From: Octopus sinensis
Taxonomy: Eukaryota
Direction of reading: 5' to 3'
Length of the DNA stretch: 11,670 bases
Assembly (NCBI RefSeq): GCF_006345805.1
Contig: NW_021826973.1
Location: forward strand, 1-11,670
Of the stretch, positions 1 through 8,065 are shown piece after piece. Positions within the stretch are counted from its first letter, which is position 1. Each line of letters starts with the position of its first letter. The notes beneath the pieces were generated by a model. It saw only the letters and a program-made list of their open reading frames with translations, did not search any database and was not told where the DNA came from. The translations under genes were made by a program, and so were the position numbers.

Positions 1-550
1 TAATGTGTAGAGGCAATCTCACACATTTAGGTAATGCAAAAAAAAAAACTTTACGAGCCATGTTTCACGCGGTGAGCAATGAAGGGTTAAAAGATTTCTA
101 GATCTTTCAGCGCCAATACGAACAATTGTGGCTTCAGGGGAAATGTGGAACCGTCCAGTTTACCTCCTTTCATCAACGGACAAATAAACAGGCTTTGTCT
201 CCCGTTTCCTTTTATAAGTATCGATTATTCGTGTAACTTACATTGCGACCGTATTTGAAATGATGGTCTCTGTTGCTTTATTCGTTTAGGAAAGTAAATA
301 ATATATTTACTATTTTAAAAATATCGCAGCTGGATAAACCTCCATTTTTTTTTTGTTGTTTTGACCAGATAAAAGGATTTCACTTTTCTTTTAGCTTTTT
401 TTGTTAATATAAAAATAAATTTTATTCATTTGAGAACGCAGCTAAAATGAGACATTTGTTTCTAGATACGGCAATTTATTATTTGTTAACCAAAATAGAT
501 CAAGAAAACTAAGTTTTTTGTTTTCTGTTTATACAACATCATATATAGAA

Positions 551-612
551 AAATGTCCGCCGAACGGATGTGGCCAACCGGAAGTAGTGGACGTAGTTTC
601 CGACGCTTGCAT
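551..612. promoter_or_regulatory. Short CpG-rich patch with ETS-type motif; possible promoter/enhancer element
   Basis: CCGGAAGT at 578-585 inside a ~60-bp CpG-rich patch in AT-rich surroundings. Motif match only. Confidence 0.2.
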
Positions 613-625
613 AATGGAACATGCT

Positions 626-808
626 GTTAGTTAACTTAGTATAATACCTCAATAGGACAGTTAGATATGTGAAGTTAACCAAGGATATCATTAGAAACCA
701 GTTAGAAATGTTCTTATATGACTTGCGTTAACACTAAAAATGTCGTTAGTTAACTTAGGATAACATTATAAAAGAGTTGGCTTTGTGCTTACTTAATCTA
801 GGATAACA
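626..808 (+). repeat. Dispersed degenerate GTTAGTTAACTTAGGATAA-like motif cluster
   Basis: GTTAGTTAACTTAG(T/G)ATAA at 626-644 and 745-763. GTTAAC at 630, 674, 727 and 749. TTAATCTAGGATAACA at 793-808. Confidence 0.5.
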
Positions 809-890
809 CAAAAATGAGTTTAAAATGAAATAATTCACACAATAATCTATAGTTAGAGATCAATATTGTCGTCGGGGCACTCCGTCGGTT

Positions 891-931
891 GTATATATAT
901 ACACGCGTGCAGACACACACACACACACACT
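891..931. repeat. (TA)n/(CA)n microsatellite
   Basis: Direct reading of sequence. Confidence 0.9.
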
Positions 932-1121
932 CACATGAACAGTAAGTATCCGGACTGTTGCTAGAGTAACGAAGCTAAAACACGCAGAGTAAAGCCGCTT
1001 GGAACAGATTGACGTTGAACTCTGCTCTGTATGCGCACTAAGTTTTAACGTTCTAGCCCTTTCCGCTGTTTACAGCAGTGCTTGGAAGGAAGGTGTGTAG
1101 CGTGTGATCGGCGCATTGACC

Positions 1122-1211
1122 ATGACAGAGAAAGTTGAGCAGAGAATCTGCATCAAATTTTGCCAAAAGCTTGGCGATACCTGCTCAGAGGCCTACGCAA
1201 AGTTTTCATAA
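1122..1211 (+). pseudogene. Mariner transposase N-terminal HTH fragment
   Basis: My translation: MTEKVEQRICIKFCQKLGDTCSEAYAKFS*. It matches the typical mariner N-terminus (EQRxxIKFCxKLGxxxxExY). Too short for the ORF track. Confidence 0.85.
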
Positions 1212-1338
1212 AGTTTTCGTAGTTCTTGACACAATCAGAGAGATCTTGAGCAGCTGAAACGCAAGTGTCTTTTTGGCCAGCTGAAAGCAGTTTTAGCACA
1301 AACTTGGCAGACAAGCGTCTCATACCCAAATTTTCGTC
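1211..1338 (-). pseudogene. Mariner transposase linker fragment (WVPHEL-equivalent region, just before the first catalytic Asp)
   Basis: Reverse complement from 1338 translates without stops: DENLGMRRLSAKFVLKLLSAGQKDTCVSAAQDLSDCVKNYEN. It matches the mariner LGMRRxxAKFVPxLL..QK...N.ENF motif. Confidence 0.85.
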
Positions 1339-1468
1339 TCATACACAAATGATACCCAAATCTCATACCCAAATCTACAAATTAAAAAGTAAATAATCTG
1401 CACATACACTGATAACTAAGGGCCCTTGAAAAACCTTTTGCTTTTAATGCATGAATTGGTGTGTGATG

Positions 1469-2340
1469 CAAAGAACCAGCTCGGTTTCTTTCTCTAACAT
1501 TTTACACAGTTCAACCTACACAAGGGAATGTGCGGAAAACAAAATAGGGATTTTGAAAGAAGTGTCTATAAGACTAGTTTTTAAACATCGAATGACTACA
1601 GGTGTCTACCAGAAAAAAATAGTAATCAAGGGGTCCATAGAAGATAATAGTGAGAAATCCTGCTTTAGATGTATGTAATGGTATCTATTACAAAGAACCA
1701 GCTGGGTTCTTTCTCTAAAACATTTACAGTTCAACCTACACAAGTGAATGTTTGAAGAAGAAAATAGGGATTTTGAAAGAAGTTTCTATAAAACTAGTTT
1801 TTAAACATCGAATGACTACAGGTGTCTACCAGAAAAAAATAGTAATCAAAGGGGTCCATAGATAGATAATAGTTGAGAAATCCTGCTTTAGATGTATGTA
1901 ATGGTATCTATTACAAAGAACCAGCTGGGTTTCTTTCTCTAAACATTTTACAGTTCAACCTACACAAGTGAATGTTTGAAGAAGAAAATAGGGATTTTGA
2001 AAGAAGTTTCTATAAAACTAGTTTTTAAACATCGAATGACTACAGGTGTCTACCAGAAAAAAATAGTAATCAAAGGGGTCCATAGATAGATAATAGTTGA
2101 GAAATCCTGCTTTAGATGTATGTAATGGTATCTATTACAAAGAACCAGCTGGGTTTCTTTCTCTAAACATTTTACAGTTCAACCTACACAAGTGAATGTT
2201 TGAAGAAGAAAATAGGGATTTTGAAAGAAGTTTCTATAAAACTAGTTTGGCTATGGAAGTCGAATGGCTATGGGACTCCACTAGAATAAAATTGTAATAA
2301 AAGGGGTCCATAGATAAAAAAAAAAATCACTGAGAATCTT
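1469..2340 (+). repeat. ~223-bp tandem repeat, about 3.9 copies
   Basis: CAAAGAACCAGCT recurs at 1469, 1691, 1914 and 2138 (periods 222/223/224). The central 1573-2248 is nearly identical between copies. The first half of copy 1 and second half of copy 4 are diverged. Confidence 0.95.
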
Positions 2341-2569
2341 GTATCAAGGTCCCAACTTTGTCCTACTTCAATATTTTTATTCTTAATTTTGTCTTTTTCT
2401 TCTTAATTTTGTCTTTTCTTGACATCATCAAACCTCGAAAATCAGATTCGCAAGATGGAAACTTCAACTTTTTTTTATTCCATTGTTAACTTCCAGCAAT
2501 TTTCTCCTGAAAACTTAGTGTTCAAATTCTGTCTTACCCACCTCCGCTGGGGCCCCACATTCTTTTTCA

Positions 2570-3790
2570 CTCTAATTCTTCACTCTTTCTTTTCCCCCCA
2601 TTTTGCCTTTTTCATTCTTTCTCTCCTTCCTCTCTCTGTCTCTCCCTCTCTTTCGTGGTCCCCCGTTCGCCCATTTTTTTGACGTCTCCCATAATTTTCC
2701 ACTCTCTCTCTCTCTCTATTTTCTTTTCCTCTTCTTTCCCTCTTAATACGCAATCTCTTTCCAATCTCTCGTTCTCTTTCTTTCTCTCCTCCTCAATCTC
2801 TCATCTCTCTTTCTCTCTCGAACATCTTTCGTTTCTTCTTCACGATCTCATCGATCCTTCTCTCATCGTTTCCGTCGCTTTCTCTTCCTCTCTTATCATT
2901 ATCATTCTCATCGCACACCTCCATCTCTCTCTTTCTCTCTCACCAGCTCTCTCTCGTCTCTCTCACCATCTCTCTCTCTTTCTCATCCGTCTCTCTCTTC
3001 CTCTCTCATCCGCCTCTCTCTCTCTCATCATTTCTTTACCTTACATCATTATTCTCCTTCATCATTTTCTCTCTCTGTCTATCTGTTTCTTTTTATTCTC
3101 TACTCTCTACAACTATCTCTCTTGCACCAATATTTCTCGCCTCTTCTCCCTTTCTCCCAATCACGCACCTCTATCATTTCTCTACTTCACATCATCATCT
3201 CCCTCATCATCTTCTATCTCTCTCCTTCTTCCTATCTTTCTTTCTCTCTCCCTCTCTCACATCATTTCTTTACCTCTCATCATCATCTCTCTCTCATCCT
3301 CTATCTCTCTTTCTCTCTCTCACTATTTTCTCAACTCTCTCTCTCCCTCTCATCATCTCTCTCGTCTCTCCCTTTCTCCCTCATCCACTTCTCTCATCAT
3401 TTTCTCTCTCTCTCTCATCATTTCTTTACCTCTCACCATCTGCTATCTCTCTTTCTCTCTCTCATTATTTTCTTAACTCTCTCTCTCTCACCATCTCACT
3501 CTCTCCCCTTCTCTCTGTCTTTCTATCTCTTTCTCTCTCATCATTTCTTTCCCTCTCATCACCTTCCATCTCTCTCTCTCTATTTTCTTAACTCTCTCGC
3601 TCACCATCTTTCTCGGCTATCCCTTTCTCCCTCATCCACCTCTCTCATAATTTTCTATCTCTCTCTCCCCTTCTCTCTGTCTTCTCTCTCTCTCTGTCTC
3701 TTTCTCTCTCAACATTTCTCTCTCCCCTCACTCATCTCCACCTCCTCTTCACTCTTATCATTTCTCTTATCATGTCTTACTCCCCCCTCT
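2570..3790 (+). repeat. 1.2-kb polypyrimidine (CT/CAT-rich) low-complexity tract with internal higher-order repeats
   Basis: Almost G-free. Recurrent ATCATTTCTTT(A/C)CC, and a block CCCTTTCTCCCTCATCCAC..CTCTCAT.ATTTTCT at ~3370 and ~3620. Confidence 0.95.
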
Positions 3791-3802
3791 TCATGCACAC
3801 AG

Positions 3803-3857
3803 CAATCTCTGTGATAAACCAGAATATATTTGGAATTTGGAATTCCTAAAGTTGGAA
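3803..3857 (+). other. Candidate internal coding exon (unidentified product)
   Basis: CACAG acceptor at 3798-3802 after the pyrimidine tract, GAA|GTGGGT donor at 3857/3858. The open frame reads NLCDKPEYIWNLEFLKLE. No homolog recognised. Confidence 0.2.
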
Positions 3858-3898
3858 GTGGGTCAAAGATTTTGGCAGAAACAAAGAAATTCTGACGC

Positions 3899-3990
3899 AA
3901 AAACAAAAGACAAAACAGATAAAACAAATACAAAAATAAACAACAAAAACAAAAAAAAAGACAAAAAGCAAAATAAAAACAAGAAAAAAG
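3899..3990 (+). repeat. A-rich (AAAAC-like) low-complexity tract
   Basis: Direct reading. Confidence 0.85.
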
Positions 3991-4027
3991 TACCAAAATA
4001 TTGATAGTTTCCTTCTGGACGAAAAGA

Positions 4028-4100
4028 GATGATGATGATGATGATAACGATGACAACGACGACGACGAAGATGATGATGATAATGATGATGATGATGATA

Positions 4101-4156
<56 letters not shown>

Positions 4157-4690
4157 AATGGTAATGAGGAAGATGAGGATGATGAGGATGAGGGTGAGGA
4201 TGATAAGGATAGGATGAGGTTGATGAGGAAGATGATGATGATGGTGATGAGGAGGCGGATGATGATGATGATGATGATGAAGATAGTCATGGTGATGATA
4301 ACGACAATGATGGCGAAGATGACGACGACGATCACGAATATAATGATGATGATGATGGTGGTGGTGGTGATTACTACGATAATGGTGATGATTATGATGA
4401 TACTGATGGTGAACGATAATGATGATGACGATGATGATAATGATGATGATGATCGGGTGATGGTCATGATGGCGACCGTGGTAGTAGTGATAGTAATCGT
4501 GATGATGATGATGATGATAATGTTAGCAGTGATGCTGGTAGTGGATGGCGGTGGTGATGGTGATGGTGGTGGTAGCGGTGCAGGTAGTGCTGGTGGTTGT
4601 TGCTGGTGGTGATGATGGTGAAAAAGCAGCGATGGTGATCAAGAAAATGAAGGACGAACAGGCAGGGTTGGTGAAGGTGGTGGTGGTAGC
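4028..4690 (+). repeat. (GAT)n then (GGT)n trinucleotide microsatellite block
   Basis: Direct reading. It explains the poly-D, poly-M and poly-S ORFs. Confidence 0.95.
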
Positions 4691-4699
4691 TAAAAAATA

Positions 4700-4758
4700 T
4701 GAACTTGACCCTTGAATTATAATAATCTTATTAGAAATACCTAGTTGAACTTTGACCC
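4700..4758 (-). promoter_or_regulatory. Paired nuclear-receptor-like direct repeats (DR0 and DR1)
   Basis: TGAACT-TGACCC at 4700-4711 (reverse complement GGGTCA AGTTCA, DR0). TGAACT-T-TGACCC at 4746-4758 (reverse complement GGGTCA A AGTTCA, DR1). Confidence 0.3.
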
Positions 4759-4819
4759 AGCAAAAAGTTAAGGCGAAAAATTGGCCGACGTGTCGAAAGA
4801 ATCTAAAAATTGCAGACGT

Positions 4820-5460
4820 TAGGATGAAGAGATATTGCCAAGATTAGGAGAAGGAGAAAGGTTTGGCAGAAAGGGAAAAGTTAATAAGGATGGGGGGGGC
4901 AAGAAGGAGAGGATGAAGAAGAAGGAAGAGGGTGAAGGAAGAGGGAGGAGGAGACGGTGAAGAAGAAGGAAAAGGGGGAAAGAGAAGGAAGCGGTGAAGA
5001 AGCAAGAAAAAATATGGATAATGATGAAGGAGGAGGAGGAGGTGAGGAGGAGAAGAGGAGAAGGAAAAGAAGAGGAAGAAGAAGAAGAAGAAGAAAAGAA
5101 TAAAGGTGATGAAGAAGCAGGATGGAGAAGATGAAGAAAGAGAAGGGAAGAAGAGGAAGGAGAAAGAAAAAGATGAAGAAGCAAGATGGATAAGGAGGAG
5201 AAGGGGGAGGAGAAGGAGAAGAAGAAGAAGAAGAAAAGAAAAACAATGCTGTAAAAGTAAGATGGAGATGAAGAAAGAGGAGGAGAAGAATAAAAAGAAG
5301 GAGGCGAAGGAGAAGAAGAAAAGGAAGGAGAAAAGAAAAAAATGATGTAAATGCAAGATGGAGAAGGTGAAGAAGAAAAGGAGAAGAAGAAGAAGAAGAA
5401 GAAGAAGAAGAGAGGAAGAAGATGGAGGAGGAGGAGAGAAGAAGATGAAGAAGAAAAGAA
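4820..5460 (+). repeat. Polypurine (GAA/GGA/AAG) low-complexity tract
   Basis: Direct reading. Source of the K/E/R-rich and L/F/S-rich ORFs. Confidence 0.95.
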
Positions 5461-5519
5461 TTTAGTGAGTACAAATTGTTATGAGAGAAGAGTAGGCGAG
5501 GGTTGGGTGGTGGGTGTGG

Positions 5520-5682
5520 AACCAAGAAAAAAACAACAACAACAAAAAGAAGAAAATGCTGACAACAACAAAAACAATAGAAATAACAAACAATAATAGA
5601 TAAATAAAAGCGGTAAAAAAAAACAATAGCAAAAGATTGATTATTGTAATGATGATAATGATGACCAAGATGATTAGGACGG

Positions 5683-5716
<34 letters not shown>

Positions 5717-5884
5717 AGTGATGATGATGACGATGAAGAGGAGGATGATATTTGATGAGGATGCTGGTGATGATGATGATTTTGACGAAGACGGTGACGA
5801 CAACGAATACGGTGATGATGAGGGAGATGGGAGGATGCAGATGAGGATGGCGACGACGTTCACCACTACTATTACTGTTGCTGA

Positions 5885-5938
<54 letters not shown>

Positions 5939-5957
5939 CACCACTACCACCACCACC

Positions 5958-5993
<36 letters not shown>

Positions 5994-6070
5994 GCTTCTG
6001 CTGCTGCTGCTACTACTACTACTACTACTACTCTACTACTACCACCGCCACTGCTATTCTTACTACTGCG
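5520..6070 (+). repeat. Compound trinucleotide repeats (AAC/AAT, GAT, CTA, CCA, GCT)
   Basis: Direct reading. Confidence 0.95.
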
Positions 6071-6099
6071 ACCATAACACAAGCAATATCCATTCTAAC

Positions 6100-6227
6100 T
6101 TTTGCGTTCTGAGTTCAAATTCCGCCGAGGTCGATTTTGCCTTTCATCCTTTCGGGGTCGATAAATTAAGTACCAGGGCCCCATCCCCCGAAATTTCGGA
6201 CCTTGTGCCGAGAGAAGAAAAGAGTAT
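6100..6227 (+). mobile_element. 5'-truncated tRNA-derived SINE fragment (B box plus Meta-domain-like core)
   Basis: B-box-like GAGTTCAAATTC (6111-6122), then GCCTTTCATCCTTTCGGGGTCGATAAATTAAGTACCAG. Family assignment is from memory of MetaSINE-type cores. Confidence 0.7.
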
Positions 6228-6239
6228 TCACTCTAACTA

Positions 6240-6930
6240 CCACAACTGCAACACCTGCTACAACAAGAACAACAACAACAACATCGAAAACAACTGCAAG
6301 TAATGGTGCACACACAAACATGCACACACTCATAAATACACACACACAATCACACACACATACATATATACAAACACTCATCTACACACACATACACTGA
6401 AAACACATACTCTGACACACATTGACACACACTTACACACGTGAATACTGATACACACACACACACTGATACACACACACATTGACAAACACACACACAT
6501 ATTTGCAAACACATACACACACACACATGCACACACATACACATATATAAACACACATCTACTCACACATACACTGAAAACACATACTCTGACACACACT
6601 TACACACACTTACACATGTGAATACTGATACACACACACACACACTGATACACACACACATTGACAAACACACACTTACACACACACACATACACATGCA
6701 CAATGACACACACACAGACCTACACACATTGACAGACACACACACTAACACACACCTACATATACGTACACTGATTTACGCACACACACACACACACACA
6801 AACATATACCTACACGTACACACTGACGCACACACACACACATACACACACACGCTGATACACACACAATCTGACAAACATCCCTACACACAGGCACACA
6901 GACAAACACGGGCATACACACAAACCACAA
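6240..6930 (+). repeat. (ACA)n/(CA)n-rich tract containing a ~177-bp internal tandem duplication
   Basis: CATACACTGAAAACACATACTCTGACACAC...GTGAATACTGATAC...ATTGACAAAC starts at 6391 and again at 6568. Confidence 0.9.
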
Positions 6931-7306
6931 AATCAAAAAAAAGAAAACAAAACGCATAAAACTGCTTTAGGGTTAAAAAGCCAAAATGAATAGCAGACGA
7001 CAGAAATATAAAATGGCGTTTAAGGAGGGAAAAAAAGGACGAGATTGGCAGAGGAGGTTTGTTGGTAAATATGGAGGAATATTTTGCACTTTGATCTCGA
7101 CAACTGCTGCTTTGATATTTTTCAGCAAAATAATCGATAATTTGTTAGCCAATAGAGCAACCGTCAGGCATACACAACACACATACACACAAACACACAC
7201 GCACACACATACTCTGGCTCTCTCACACTCTCGCTCTGCCTCTTTCCTCACGCACGCACATACTTACACACACACACATCCATGTACATATATACGTACA
7301 CATACA

Positions 7307-7468
7307 GGCGCCGACGTGGTTGTGTGGTTAAGATGTTTGCTTCCCATCCACGTGGTTCCGGGCTCAGTCCCACTGCGTGGCACCTTAGGCAAGTGTTTTC
7401 AACTATACCCACGGGCCAAGCAAAGCCTTGAGTGGATTTGGTAGATGGAAACTGAAAGAAGCCTGTCG
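7307..7468 (+). mobile_element. Octopus tRNA-derived CORE-type SINE (family A, OR1/OR2-like), 5' half
   Basis: Aligns by eye to 11154-11316. A-box-like TGGTTGTGTGG, B-box-like GGCTCAGTCCC, CORE-like CACCTTAGGCAAGTG; ends GAAACTGAAAGAAGCCTGTCG followed by (TA)n. Confidence 0.85.
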
Positions 7469-7490
7469 TATATATATATATATATATATA

Positions 7491-7823
7491 TCACCGTGAT
7501 CACCGTGACCGGCCAGGCTATCAGATGTTGCTACACATCGCTGGTCACAATGCGCTTCGCATTCTTTTTTAGCCTTCAAATAACGCCACCCCGCTGGCTA
7601 AGCGAGCAGGCCAACAGAAGAAAGAGTGAGAGAAAGTTGTGGCGAAAGAGTACAGCAGGGTTCGCCACCACCCCCTGCCGGAGCCTCGTGGAGAATCGAA
7701 ACCGCGATCCTACAACCGCGGTCTGGGAATCGAAACCGCTATCCTACAACCGCGGTCTGGGAATCGAAACCGCGATCCTACAACCGCGAGTCCGCTACCC
7801 TAACCACTGGGCATTGCGCCTCC
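7491..7823 (-). mobile_element. tRNA-derived SINE (family B) with triplicated B-box segment
   Basis: Minus strand begins GGAGGCGCAATGCCCAGTGGTTAGGGTAGCGGACTCGCGGTTGTAGGATCGCGGTTTCGATTCCC (A and B boxes). It ends in a short repeat tail GGTCACGGTGATCACGGTGA. A 34-bp unit starts at 7693, 7727 and 7761. Confidence 0.85.
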
Positions 7824-7925
7824 ATATAATATATATATAAAAGATTATTTGAGACAAACCACTATTTGCAAAACAAACAGGAAAGACTTAATCAATACAT
7901 AAAATTTAATAAATAGTCAAAAAAA

Positions 7926-7971
7926 CGCACTACAATCGTTTCTTGTCTTGATCGACAATCTTCAGGTGGAC
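7926..7971 (-). ncRNA. Minimal type I hammerhead ribozyme (mirror copy)
   Basis: Minus strand reads GUCCAC CUGAAGA UUGUC GAUCAA GACAA GAAAC GAUU GUA GUGCG. Predicted cleavage between 7931 and 7930. Stem I is weakened by indels relative to the + copy. Confidence 0.7.
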
Positions 7972-8021
7972 TTCCAATAATTCAGTTACAAATTATGATA
8001 ATTTGTAACTGAATTATGGAA

Positions 8022-8065
8022 GTCACCTGAAGATTGTCGATCAAGACAAGAAACGATGTAGTGGC
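8022..8065 (+). ncRNA. Minimal type I hammerhead ribozyme
   Basis: Stem I GUCAC(8022-26)/GUGGC(8061-65); core CUGAAGA 8027-33; stem II UUGUC/GACAA with loop GAUCAA; GAAAC 8050-54; loop GAU; GUA 8058-60. Predicted cleavage after 8060. Confidence 0.8.

Larger units (their letters stand above)
940..1374 (+). mobile_element. Internally rearranged, non-autonomous Tc1/mariner (mariner-type) transposon fossil
   Basis: Two transposase fragments in opposite orientation (1122-1211 +, 1211-1338 -), preceded by a ~180-bp leader. The left boundary is approximate and no matching right terminal inverted repeat (TIR) was found. Confidence 0.85.

Noticed and set aside
553-630. 25-codon ORF MSAERMWPTG...
   Set aside because: Short, with no homology or splice support.
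876-890. GGCACTCCGTCGGTT as the 3' tip of an octopus SINE on the minus strand
   Set aside because: Only 15 bp, recognised from memory, with no second copy in the window.
1469-2340. Tandem array as CRISPR or tandem retrozyme
   Set aside because: No repeat-spacer structure, eukaryotic context, and no CUGANGA/GAAA core on either strand.
2419-3814. Long L/S/I/H-rich ORFs
   Set aside because: By-products of a stop-poor CT tract; open in several frames with no domain.
5499-5519. G-quadruplex GGGTTGGGTGGTGGGTGTGG
   Set aside because: Only three full G3 runs; common in this low-complexity context.
4001-6303. Poly-D, poly-M, K/E/R-rich, poly-T and poly-V ORFs
   Set aside because: Trinucleotide microsatellites open in multiple frames on both strands.
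6166-6959. CVCV/THTH ORFs (also 8816-9138)
   Set aside because: Translations of (CA)n repeats.
6961-6976. Second AGGGTTAA piggyBac-like end
   Set aside because: Same orientation as 81-90 with no shared subterminal sequence; the word is too short to be meaningful.
7693-7788. 34-bp repeats as a CRISPR array
   Set aside because: Contiguous copies without spacers inside a SINE head.
6986-7840. ORFs of 152 and 131 aa
   Set aside because: They run through microsatellites and SINE bodies; no recognisable protein.
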